From: Pseudomonadota bacterium
GTDB taxonomy: Bacteria; Bdellovibrionota; FAC87; UBA2466
DNA: 64,000 nt
Reading direction: 5' to 3'
Assembly: GCA_043718025.1 (NCBI GenBank)
Contig: JAYSWN010000001.1
Location: forward strand, 22,253-86,252
The notes below the pieces were generated by a model. It did not search any database. It was not told the origin of the DNA and was given only the letters and a program-made list of their open reading frames with translations. The position numbers and the translations under genes were made by a program. Numbering within the stretch: the stretch's first letter is position 1; the number at the start of each line of letters is the position of its first letter. Shown here piece by piece: positions 1 through 9,023 of the stretch.

Positions 1-1
1 G

Positions 2-160
2 TTGAACGAAGAGTACAAAGACTTGCCTGACATGAATTGGCGCGAGCGGCTCACGTTGGCGCCATTGATCGTGTTGGTAATTCTTTTGGGCGTTTATCCC
101 ATGCCGGTGCTCGACCTGATGTCGGCAACGGTGGCTAAACTTCTGACGATTTTCACCTAA
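2..160 (+). CDS. nuoM: NADH-quinone oxidoreductase subunit M, C-terminal fragment (gene starts before window)
   Basis: Frame from base 2 reads LNEEYKDLPDMNWRERLTLAPLIVLVILLGVYPMPVLDLM...IFT*, the typical NuoM C-terminal D..RE...L.P...GVYP motif; stop at 158-160, directly upstream of nuoN. Confidence 0.85.
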   Translation: MNEEYKDLPDMNWRERLTLAPLIVLVILLGVYPMPVLDLMSATVAKLLTIFT

Positions 161-163
161 AGG

Positions 164-1675
164 TTGGCCGTGATTCAAAATGCCGTTGAAAGTTTAAAGT
201 GGTTTGCTCCAGAAGCTGTTTTAGTCACGTTTTTGGTGCTCATCTTTATAACTGATGCGTTTTTGCCCAAGGCGCGATCGACTTCGCTCTCCTTTATGTT
301 GGGTTGTTTGGGTTTGGTGGCTTCGATTGCCGCAACCCTCAAATTAATGCCCTTGGCCCCGTCGATGTACTTCTCGGGAGTGGTGGCGCACGATGGCCTT
401 TCTAGCTTTTTCCGCATCCTCGCGTTTTCCGCCGGAATTTTAGGTCTCTACGCCGCCTACGGCTCGAAAGAGCTCGAAGTAAAATATCGTAACGAGTACG
501 CCATTCTAATTTTGTGTACGGTGTTTGGAATGAGTTTGATGGCGATTTCCACCAACCTCATCATGCTCTACATCGGTATTGAAACGGTGAGCATTATTTC
601 GTTTGCGTTGGCCGGCCTAAATCGCGAAAGCCTGCGATCGAATGAGGCGTCGTTAAAGTATTTGATCTACGGCGCGTTATCGTCTGGCCTGATGATCTAC
701 GGCTTTTCGTTGTTATACGGCATCACCGGCTCGTTGCAATACGACGAGATTCGCTCAAGCCTAATGGCAATGAATATGGCGGAGCCGCCGGCGGTTCTTC
801 AGATTGCGATCTTACTGGTGTTTGGCGGTTTGGCTTTCAAGATTTCGGCATTTCCCATGCATTTCTGGACTCCAGACGTATACGAAGGGGCGCCCACTCC
901 CGTGGTCACCTTCTTTTCGGTTGGCCCTAAAGCTGCCGGCATGGCGGCATTGATTCGTATTTTTTATGGGGTGTTCGCCATCAAGGGCGCCGACATGACG
1001 TGGACCGTGATGCCCGGCAGTAACCTGCTTTTGGGCCTCTCAATCGTTTCTGCCCTTACCATGTTCGTAGGAAATGTTTCGGCACTGGCGCAGGTTAGCG
1101 TGAAGCGAATGCTGGCCTATTCAAGTATCGCGCACGTGGGGTACCTATTGATGGGCCTGGTGGCGATGAATGAAAAAGGGCTCGTTGCCGTGCTTTTTTA
1201 TCTCGTAGTTTATTATCTGATGAACGTGGGCGCCTTCATCGTGACTGGTCTGGTCATTGAAGCGCGCGGTTCAGACGACGTAGAATCCTTTCGTGGTATC
1301 GGTTGGACCAATCCCTACCTTGGGGTTTGTATGGCGGTGTTTCTGTTTTCTTTAACCGGCATTCCGGTGTTCGGTGGTTTCGTCGGCAAATTTTTACTTT
1401 TCGGCTCGGTGATTGATGCCCCCAATTTCTTGTGGTTGGCAATTTGGGGCGTGCTCAACAGCGTGGTGTCTTTGTACTATTACGCCCGCATCGTGAAGGC
1501 GATGTGGCTGGATAAGCCGGTGACGGCATCGGCTCAGACGCTGCCCCGCATCCATTTAAGTTCATTTCATTTTGTGGGCCTCTTTTTGTTGGCCGTGCCC
1601 ACAGTTCTGCTTGGGCTGTTCTTCAGCCCGGTGGTGCGGATGGCGAAGGCTTCAGTGGCGGCGTTACTCTCATAA
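164..1675 (+). CDS. nuoN: NADH-quinone oxidoreductase subunit N (copy 1)
   Basis: Highly hydrophobic; EASLKYLIYG, FKISAFPMHFWTPDVYEGAP, KRMLAYSSIAHVGY, SLYYY motifs; start TTG164 or GTG170. Confidence 0.95.
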   Translation: MAVIQNAVESLKWFAPEAVLVTFLVLIFITDAFLPKARSTSLSFMLGCLGLVASIAATLKLMPLAPSMYFSGVVAHDGLSSFFRILAFSAGILGLYAAYGSKELEVKYRNEYAILILCTVFGMSLMAISTNLIMLYIGIETVSIISFALAGLNRESLRSNEASLKYLIYGALSSGLMIYGFSLLYGITGSLQYDEIRSSLMAMNMAEPPAVLQIAILLVFGGLAFKISAFPMHFWTPDVYEGAPTPVVTFFSVGPKAAGMAALIRIFYGVFAIKGADMTWTVMPGSNLLLGLSIVSALTMFVGNVSALAQVSVKRMLAYSSIAHVGYLLMGLVAMNEKGLVAVLFYLVVYYLMNVGAFIVTGLVIEARGSDDVESFRGIGWTNPYLGVCMAVFLFSLTGIPVFGGFVGKFLLFGSVIDAPNFLWLAIWGVLNSVVSLYYYARIVKAMWLDKPVTASAQTLPRIHLSSFHFVGLFLLAVPTVLLGLFFSPVVRMAKASVAALLS

Positions 1676-1693
1676 TTATGATTAGGGAGTCTC

Positions 1694-2059
1694 TTGGTAA
1701 CCTATCTTCCGATAGCAATTTTATTTCTCTTCGGCGCGGGCATGGGAGTGGTCATTATTGCGCTGTCGAGTTTTCTCGGGCCGCGTAACTACAACTCGAC
1801 CAATCTCAGTACCTACGAATGCGGAGTGACCCCTGAAGGCAGCGCCCGCATTCCTTTTAAGAGCCGTTTTTACCTTATCGCCGTTTTATTTTTGTTGTTT
1901 GACGTAGAAGCGGTCTTCTTTTTTCCGTGGGCGTTGGTTTATCGTGAATCGGTTCGTCAAGACGCCGGGCTGCTTATTGCGATGTTGGTTTACATGGCGT
2001 TTTTAATCTTGGGGTTGGTCTATGTGTTTCGTAAGAACGTGTTGGAGACTGACCAGTGA
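1694..2059 (+). CDS. nuoA: NADH-quinone oxidoreductase subunit A
   Basis: YECG and FYLIAVLFLLFDVE..FFFPWA motifs; three hydrophobic segments; AGGGAG SD. Confidence 0.95.
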   Translation: MVTYLPIAILFLFGAGMGVVIIALSSFLGPRNYNSTNLSTYECGVTPEGSARIPFKSRFYLIAVLFLLFDVEAVFFFPWALVYRESVRQDAGLLIAMLVYMAFLILGLVYVFRKNVLETDQ

Positions 2060-3126
2060 CGGCAATCATGGAGCTGTCGCTCAATTCATTTAAGATTTTT
2101 CTTCTCTTTTTCTCCATCGTTAACGTGGTGCCCGTGATGCTTTGGGTTGAACGGCGAATGGCGGGTCTGATGCAAGATCGCCCCGGCCCAAACCGCGTCG
2201 GACCTTTTGGCCTGTTTCAAGCCGTGGCCGACGTCGTAAAGTTTTTCTGGAAGATGGACCCGATTCCGCAGAATGCAAATCGCGTCTTATACGTGCTTGC
2301 CCCGTTGCTCGCGCTTATTCCGGCCACCCTGGTGATTGCTACGCTGCCGTTTGCCGACTTCGTTGTTTTGTGGGATCGCGAATTCCATCTCCAGATAACT
2401 GACCTTAACGTTGGCATACTTTACATGATGGCGATTGGGTCGTTAGGCGCCTACGGCATATTGTTTGGCGGATGGGCTTCGAATAATAAGTTTTCGCTAT
2501 TGGGTGCACTGCGGGCGGCCTCGCAATTAATTAGCTACGAAATTCCGTTGGGACTGGCCGCCACCGGCGCCGTTCTATTTTATGGCACGTACTCCTTGCG
2601 CAGTATGGTGTTAATTCAAGACGGCACCATTTTTGGGGTGCTGCCGAAGTGGGGCATCTTTTTTCAGCCGCTCGGATTTATGATTTTTTTTATCGCCTCG
2701 TTAGCGGAAACTAACCGCATTCCATTCGACCTGCCTGAATCCGAAGGGGAGTTGGTGGCGGGTTTTCACACTGAGTACGGAAGCATGAAGTTCGCCATGT
2801 TCATGATGGCGGAATATATGAATCTGGCCACCATGTCGGCTCTCATGACCACGATGTATTTCGGCGGTTGGCACTTGCCTTGGATTACTGACGCGAGCCT
2901 GCTCAGCTGGTTGGGCGGTAGTCGAAATTTAATGGCCGTGGTGCAGCTCGGGGTTTTCTTCGCTAAGGTTTATTCCTTTCTGCTTGTGTACGTTTGGATT
3001 CGCTGGACGTTGCCACGCTTTAGATTTGACCAACTGATGCGCATGGCCTGGCGAAATCTCACGCCGTTTGCCCTGTTGAACTTGGTAGTTACCGCCGTGC
3101 TTCTTTATTTCTGGGAGCAGCGATGA
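2056..3126 (+). CDS. nuoH: NADH-quinone oxidoreductase subunit H
   Basis: ERR...MQDRPGPNRVGP, GWASNNKFSLLGALR, AETNRIPFDLPESEGELVAGFHTEY, PRFRFDQLM. Confidence 0.97.
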   Translation: MTAIMELSLNSFKIFLLFFSIVNVVPVMLWVERRMAGLMQDRPGPNRVGPFGLFQAVADVVKFFWKMDPIPQNANRVLYVLAPLLALIPATLVIATLPFADFVVLWDREFHLQITDLNVGILYMMAIGSLGAYGILFGGWASNNKFSLLGALRAASQLISYEIPLGLAATGAVLFYGTYSLRSMVLIQDGTIFGVLPKWGIFFQPLGFMIFFIASLAETNRIPFDLPESEGELVAGFHTEYGSMKFAMFMMAEYMNLATMSALMTTMYFGGWHLPWITDASLLSWLGGSRNLMAVVQLGVFFAKVYSFLLVYVWIRWTLPRFRFDQLMRMAWRNLTPFALLNLVVTAVLLYFWEQR

Positions 3127-3653
3127 AAGAAATTCTATTCACCGCGTTTGGATTGTTGTCGCTGGCGAGCGCTCTGATGGTTGTTTTGGCATCGAGTCCC
3201 ATCTTCAGCGCCTTAGGCCTACTGTTTAGTCTCTTTGGTCTGTCGGCCCTGTATCTGATCTGGGGATCGGCATTTTTATCGGTGATTCAAATTTTGATTT
3301 ACGCCGGCGCGATCGTGGTGCTGTTTGTTTTCGTCGTGATGTTGCTCGACCTCTCCAACACCATTGATACGGGCAAAGGGGCGGGATGGTTTGCCACGTT
3401 ACTGGCCACTTCTACCGGCTGGCTATTTTCTCTGTTTTTGCTACGGGCATTGAATCGCGGAGTGTTTGCCTCGGCTCCCGACGGTAAGATGATGGGAAGC
3501 CTACGGGTGGTCTCTCAAGTGCTGTTCAGAGAGTATCTGTGGCCGTTTGAAATTCTTTCGGTGTTTCTTTTGGCCGTGATTATCGCCGCCTACTGTTTGG
3601 CCCGGCCAGAGACGCTCGATGACGACAATGGCGCCGGTGGAGGGACGCGATGA
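3123..3653 (+). CDS. nuoJ: NADH-quinone oxidoreductase subunit J
   Basis: QILIYAGAIVVLFVFVVMLL and YLWPFEILS motifs. Confidence 0.95.
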   Translation: MKEILFTAFGLLSLASALMVVLASSPIFSALGLLFSLFGLSALYLIWGSAFLSVIQILIYAGAIVVLFVFVVMLLDLSNTIDTGKGAGWFATLLATSTGWLFSLFLLRALNRGVFASAPDGKMMGSLRVVSQVLFREYLWPFEILSVFLLAVIIAAYCLARPETLDDDNGAGGGTR

Positions 3654-3970
3654 TTGCTACTTACTCAGCCTCTATGTTGTCGTGGAGCCACTACGTGGCC
3701 ATTGCACTCTTTGGCATTGGATTAACTGGGTTTTTGTTGCGTCGTAACGCGATCGTAGTTTTGATGTGCGTTGAACTAATGCTGAACGCCGTGAATCTCA
3801 TTTTTTTGGAAGTGTCGATGCGCACGCAATCGCACGAGGGCCTTCTCTTCGTGGTGTTTGTGGTGACGGTCGCGGCGGCAGAAGCGGCCATTGGCCTTGC
3901 CATTCTGTTGAACCTGTACCGCAAACAGGGAACTTTAGAGCTCAACCTTTTCCGGATGTTGCAGGGGTAA
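3650..3970 (+). CDS. nuoK: NADH-quinone oxidoreductase subunit K
   Basis: RRN...LMCVELMLNAVNL and VAAAEAAIGLA with both conserved Glu. Confidence 0.96.
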   Translation: MIATYSASMLSWSHYVAIALFGIGLTGFLLRRNAIVVLMCVELMLNAVNLIFLEVSMRTQSHEGLLFVVFVVTVAAAEAAIGLAILLNLYRKQGTLELNLFRMLQG

Positions 3971-3974
3971 TGCG

Positions 3975-5876
3975 ATGAAAACGGCATTTTACATCTTGTT
4001 ACTCGCCCCCTGGATCGGTTGCGTGATCAACGGCTTCTTATGGAAAGTCTTGAAGCAGACGGCTTCAGTACGTCGCTCGGGGGTGATTGCCACGTTTGCG
4101 GCGGGCACTTCTTTTGTCGCGGCGCTGGTTTTGTTTTTGTCCTTAGCCCAAGGGCAAGAGGCAGTTGAGTTTGCTTGGCCGTGGATAAACATTGGTGACC
4201 TCGCTCTTGACTTAGGGTTTAAGTTCGACCGCCTCACGGCCGTGATGGCGCTGTTTGTGACCGGTATTGGCACGCTCATACACCTTTATTCGATTGGCTA
4301 CATGGACCACGACAAATCGCCGTCGCGGTACTTTGCGTATCTCAATTTGTTTCTAGCTAACATGCTGGTGCTCATTACCGCTACTTCGCTTCCCGTGCTT
4401 TTTATCGGTTGGGAAGGGGTGGGCTTATGCTCTTACCTGCTGATCGGTTTTTGGTTCGAAGATCCAGAAAAGGCCAAGGCCGGAATGAAGGCCTTCATCG
4501 TTAATCGCATTGGCGACGCCGGCTTCTTACTGGGTACTTTTCTACTGCTTTCAGTTTTCCACACGGTGAATTTTGCGCAGATGGCAAAGGTCATGTCCCA
4601 GCCCGACATCCTTACTCTAGTCGACATTCCTACTTTGACGGTGGCAGCAATTCTTTTGTTTATTGGGGCCATGGGTAAGTCGGCCCAACTGCCGTTATTC
4701 GTGTGGTTGCCGGATGCCATGGCTGGCCCCACGCCGGTAAGCGCGCTCATTCATGCCGCCACCATGGTGACGGCAGGCATTTACCTTGTTTTACGTATGA
4801 ATTTTTTGTTCCAGGTCACGCCACAGGCTAGCGCTTTTATTGCGGTAGTGGGCATGGCCACGGCTCTCTTCTCGGCTTTGGTGGCGACTTCGCAAAACGA
4901 CATCAAAAAGGTATTGGCCTACTCGACGGTGAGTCAGCTCGGTCTGATCTTTGTGGCGCTCGGTGCGGGGGCCTACGATGCGGGCCTATTTCACGTTATC
5001 ACCCACGCCTTTTTTAAAGCCCTTCTTTTCTTGGGCGCGGGCAGTGTGATTCACGCTCTGTCGGGCGAACAAGACATTACTCGCATGGGTGGTCTACGCA
5101 AAAAGTTGCCCACTACGTTTTGGACTTTTACCGTGGGCTGGGCCGCCATTTGTGGGTTGCCTCCCTTCTCGGGTTTTTTCAGTAAAGACCTGATTCTGTT
5201 TAGTCTGGTTTCGGAGGGGCCTCGAGGCTGGTTTCTCTGGGGCTGCGCTTCGCTAACTTCATTGCTCACCGCTTTTTATATGACCCGCCTTTATCTTTTA
5301 GTGTTCTTCAGTGAAGAGCGGGATCATCACCATGCCCACGAAAGTCCCCTCGTGATGAAAATACCGCTGATCGTTTTGGCCGTCGGCGCGATGGTGGCTG
5401 GGTTCATTGAGCTGCCCCATCTTTTTCATATCACCTCCCGGCTGTCGCTTTTTCTTGAGGGGGTCGTACCTGTTCCCCATTTTGTTGAGGGCCCTTTGTC
5501 GGAGGGCGGCGCGATGGCCGTTGCCACCGTCGGCGCCGTCTTAGCGATAGGATTGGCCTGGCTGATGTACGGCAAACGCCCCTTTTCACCAAGCCGAAGC
5601 CCCGTCGTTATGGTGCTGAGAGAAAAGTTTTGGGTCGATGAGTTTTACCATCTGGTTTTTGTTACCCCTTTTGACATGGTTTCTGGGTTTCTTGCGCGCG
5701 TCGTGGACCCCCGTTTGGTAGATGGTTTTTTCGTGGGCTCGGCAAAACTGGCTCGCTTTGGAGGAACTGTTTTGGGTTTTCTTCAGTGGGGAGCCGTGCA
5801 GTTTTACTTGTGGGTGATGGCAGCGGGTGCCGTTGTTCTGTTTTGGGTATTTCTTAGAGGTTCGATCTTCCAATGA
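3975..5876 (+). CDS. nuoL: NADH-quinone oxidoreductase subunit L
   Basis: GWEGVGLCSYLLIGFW, GKSAQLPL..WLPDAMAGPTPVSALIHAATMV, HAFFKALLFL. Confidence 0.97.
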   Translation: MKTAFYILLLAPWIGCVINGFLWKVLKQTASVRRSGVIATFAAGTSFVAALVLFLSLAQGQEAVEFAWPWINIGDLALDLGFKFDRLTAVMALFVTGIGTLIHLYSIGYMDHDKSPSRYFAYLNLFLANMLVLITATSLPVLFIGWEGVGLCSYLLIGFWFEDPEKAKAGMKAFIVNRIGDAGFLLGTFLLLSVFHTVNFAQMAKVMSQPDILTLVDIPTLTVAAILLFIGAMGKSAQLPLFVWLPDAMAGPTPVSALIHAATMVTAGIYLVLRMNFLFQVTPQASAFIAVVGMATALFSALVATSQNDIKKVLAYSTVSQLGLIFVALGAGAYDAGLFHVITHAFFKALLFLGAGSVIHALSGEQDITRMGGLRKKLPTTFWTFTVGWAAICGLPPFSGFFSKDLILFSLVSEGPRGWFLWGCASLTSLLTAFYMTRLYLLVFFSEERDHHHAHESPLVMKIPLIVLAVGAMVAGFIELPHLFHITSRLSLFLEGVVPVPHFVEGPLSEGGAMAVATVGAVLAIGLAWLMYGKRPFSPSRSPVVMVLREKFWVDEFYHLVFVTPFDMVSGFLARVVDPRLVDGFFVGSAKLARFGGTVLGFLQWGAVQFYLWVMAAGAVVLFWVFLRGSIFQ

Positions 5877-7438
5877 TTTCTAACCTTCTAGTTTGGCACA
5901 TCCTGTTACCGGTAGTTGGGGTGGCGGTGATGTTTCCGCTAACCGAGAGGCTAGCTCGCCCCTTGGCGTTCGCGTTTTCATTGGGCGGAGTCGTGCTTTC
6001 AATTCTGCTCTGGGCGCAGTTTTCGGCGGTTGATTCGTTTCAGATGCAGCACCTGTTTTCATTGCCCTGGCTCTCTTCGTTTCCGGCGAAGTTTTCACTC
6101 GGCGTAGACGGCATCAGCTTGCCGCTAGTGGTGCTTACGAAATTCATGATGCCAATTGCTTTGCTGGCCAGTTGGAAAGAAGATCGGCATCCGCGTGCCT
6201 TAATGAGCGCCTACCTTTTATTAGATTCGGCGATGACCGGAGCGTTCTTGGCCACCGACGTCTTTTTGTTCTATGTGTTCTGGGAAGCCATGCTGGTCCC
6301 TATGCTGTTGCTCATTGGGGTGTGGGGAAGCAAAGATCGTATTTATGCGGCGCTTAAATTTTTTCTATTTACCTTTGCCGGCAGCATTTTTCTGCTCGCC
6401 GCGTTTCTTTATTTGATGGTGGCCCACCGCCAGCAGGTCGGTTTTTTTACCACCGATCTGGTTGCGTTGACTAAGGTTACGCTTTCTACGGCGCCCGTTT
6501 GGCTGGGCCTTTCCGTTCAAGATCTGATCTTTTGGGGCTTGACCCTAGCCTTCCTTATAAAAATCCCACTTTTTCCTTTTCACACGTGGCTTCCGGATGC
6601 GCACGTTCAGGCACCTACCGGTGGCAGCATTCTTCTAGCGGCCGTACTTTTAAAACTTGGTGCCTATGGCCTTTTACGTTTCTCTATTCCGATCGCGACG
6701 ATGAGCTTTTACAAGTTCGCCCCGCTTCTGAGCGTGCTCTCGCTAGTTGGTATCGTGTACGGGGCGTGGGTTGCCTTTCAGCAAAACGACATGAAAAAGT
6801 TAGTGGCCTATTCATCGGTGAGCCACCTTGCGTTCGTTGTCTTGGGAATTGCTTCGCTAAATTTAGAGGGCCTTACCGGTGGTATGCTGCAGATGGTGAA
6901 CCACGGGGTAAGCACCGGTGCGCTCTTTTTCTTGGTGGGTGCGTTGTATGAACGGCGCCACACTCGCGATTTTGCGGAGTACGGTGGACTTGCGGCCGTC
7001 GTGCCGTGGTTTTCGTTCTTTCTCGTTTTTACGGTGTGTTCGAGCATGGGGGTTCCGGGGCTGAATGGTTTCGTGGGCGAGTTTTTGGTCCTGCTCGGCA
7101 CCTATCAGCAGAATCCGTTTTTTGCGGGTGTCGCGGTGACGGGAATTGTTTTTGGTGCCATCTACTTGCTAGTTTTCGTGCGCAAGATTTTATTTGGGCC
7201 GGTGGACAACGCCGAGAATAAAGTACTTTTAGATTTGCGGCCGCGTGAGTGGGCGGGGATTTTGCCCTTGGCGGTTTTTATGCTGTTGTTGGGTTTAGCG
7301 CCTAACCTAATGTTGAATAAGATTCGGCCATCGCTGGAAAAGTACTGGGGCTCGCTAGGCCGGCCCCCTAACGCGCAATCCATTCCTACAATGTCGCTAA
7401 CCCAATGGGCGCCCGAAGCAAGAGGGCCCAAGCGATGA
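5873..7438 (+). CDS. nuoM: NADH-quinone oxidoreductase subunit M (copy 2)
   Basis: FYVFWE, KIPLFPFHTWLPDAHVQAPTGGS, KKLVAYSSVSH, GFVGEF. Confidence 0.97.
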   Translation: MISNLLVWHILLPVVGVAVMFPLTERLARPLAFAFSLGGVVLSILLWAQFSAVDSFQMQHLFSLPWLSSFPAKFSLGVDGISLPLVVLTKFMMPIALLASWKEDRHPRALMSAYLLLDSAMTGAFLATDVFLFYVFWEAMLVPMLLLIGVWGSKDRIYAALKFFLFTFAGSIFLLAAFLYLMVAHRQQVGFFTTDLVALTKVTLSTAPVWLGLSVQDLIFWGLTLAFLIKIPLFPFHTWLPDAHVQAPTGGSILLAAVLLKLGAYGLLRFSIPIATMSFYKFAPLLSVLSLVGIVYGAWVAFQQNDMKKLVAYSSVSHLAFVVLGIASLNLEGLTGGMLQMVNHGVSTGALFFLVGALYERRHTRDFAEYGGLAAVVPWFSFFLVFTVCSSMGVPGLNGFVGEFLVLLGTYQQNPFFAGVAVTGIVFGAIYLLVFVRKILFGPVDNAENKVLLDLRPREWAGILPLAVFMLLLGLAPNLMLNKIRPSLEKYWGSLGRPPNAQSIPTMSLTQWAPEARGPKR

Positions 7439-8916
7439 GTGTCGTTAGTCAGTTTCTATTTCCATTGGGGCCGATTTTGGCTTTGGTAGGCGGCGGTTGC
7501 ACTCTCATCGGCGCTGAATGCGTAGGCCCCAATTTTTTAAGCACCCGTGCCAAGGGAATGGTGGCCTGGTTAGCGGTAGCTATAGCCGCAGGGTTGTGCT
7601 TTTTTCAGCTTGGTCACATACCGACCGAAGAAGGTTTTCACTTGGCGGGCGGTCCCGCCTGGCTTGTTCAGTTCACTTATTTTTATCAATTCAGCCGCAC
7701 GGTAGTTCTCCTTCAGATGATGATCGCAGTTTTTGCCATGTTTGTACTGCACGCGGTGGTGGCTGAGTTTCGCCGCAATGATATCGTGGGAGAGGTACTA
7801 GCGCTCCTATTGTGGTCGGGCGCCGGAATGATGCTACTCGTATCGGCCGATCACTTTCTGGTCGTGTTTTTAGCCCTGGAACTTCTTTCGTTGCCGCTCT
7901 ACGCCATGGTGGGATTGAAGCGTTGGGACGCCAAGAGTCTGGAAGCCGCGCTCAAATACTTCCTGTTTGGTTCCGTGGCCACGGCCTTTTTATTACTGGG
8001 AATAGCTTTTATTTTTGCGGAAACGGGAACACTTTCTTTACCCCTCATTCGTGACTTTGTGGCGGCCCTGGCTCAAGGCGGCAATCTGGCCGATCATGTT
8101 TTGCTGTTGTCGGGCATGTTGTTGCTGATCGTGGCCCTGGGTTTTAAGGCGGGCATGTTTCCGTTCCACATGTGGCTCCCCGACGTTTATGAGGGGGCAC
8201 CTGCCGGCGTAACGGCTTGGATGGGAAGCGGAGTGAAGCTCGCCGCCATTGGCCTTACCTATCGCCTTTTCGCCGAAACGTTTGCCACTCTACCGCAGGG
8301 GTGGGTGGAGCCATTTCGCTATCTGGTGGCCGCCACAATTCTGGTGGGAAATGCGGCCGCTCTGGTGCAAGACGATTTGAAACGAACTTTTGCTTACTCT
8401 TCGATTGGTCACGCGGGCTTCTTAATGTTGGGCGTGATGGTGAGTCCGAGCGATTTAGGAGCATCCCCAAATTTTCTGCTCTATTACTTGCTAACTTACG
8501 GCCTGATGTTTATTGGCATTTTTAGTTTTTTAACGCACCTAGAGCGGCAGGGTCTTAGCACCGAGTTCCACGAATTGTCGGGACTTGGTTTCACGTCGCC
8601 GGGTTTAGGGCTGTGCCTCTCAATTTTTGCCCTTTCAGCGGCGGGGCTTCCTCCCTTTGCCGGCTTCTTTGCCAAATATCAGATCTTTCTTTTCGCCTTT
8701 CAAAAGGGCGAAGGGGCATTGGCGGTAATCGCCTTGATCGGTAGCTTGATTGGGCTTGCCTACTACCTTCGGGTTTTGGTGTTCCTCTATATGAAAGAGC
8801 CAAAGAGCACGGTACGTCTCTCGGCTAAAAGCGATCCCACCGGATTCGGAATTCTCGTAGCGTTGGCCTTGGCTACGGTCGCGTTGAGCTTTTTACCCGG
8901 AATATTCGGCAAATAA
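7435..8916 (+). CDS. nuoN: NADH-quinone oxidoreductase subunit N (copy 2)
   Basis: EAALKYF, GFKAGMFPFHMWLPDVYEGAP, AYSSIGHAG; ATG7435 overlaps the nuoM stop (ATGA) so preferred over ORF start 7405. Confidence 0.93.
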   Translation: MSVVSQFLFPLGPILALVGGGCTLIGAECVGPNFLSTRAKGMVAWLAVAIAAGLCFFQLGHIPTEEGFHLAGGPAWLVQFTYFYQFSRTVVLLQMMIAVFAMFVLHAVVAEFRRNDIVGEVLALLLWSGAGMMLLVSADHFLVVFLALELLSLPLYAMVGLKRWDAKSLEAALKYFLFGSVATAFLLLGIAFIFAETGTLSLPLIRDFVAALAQGGNLADHVLLLSGMLLLIVALGFKAGMFPFHMWLPDVYEGAPAGVTAWMGSGVKLAAIGLTYRLFAETFATLPQGWVEPFRYLVAATILVGNAAALVQDDLKRTFAYSSIGHAGFLMLGVMVSPSDLGASPNFLLYYLLTYGLMFIGIFSFLTHLERQGLSTEFHELSGLGFTSPGLGLCLSIFALSAAGLPPFAGFFAKYQIFLFAFQKGEGALAVIALIGSLIGLAYYLRVLVFLYMKEPKSTVRLSAKSDPTGFGILVALALATVALSFLPGIFGK

Positions 8917-9023
8917 ACGCGCTCAACAATGCGAAGCGTCGAAACTTTTGTGACCATTTAACCGCCCGATGAGTGGACCTCTTTTCTATCACGGCTAGAG
9001 TGAAAGAAATTTAAGGGGGACTC

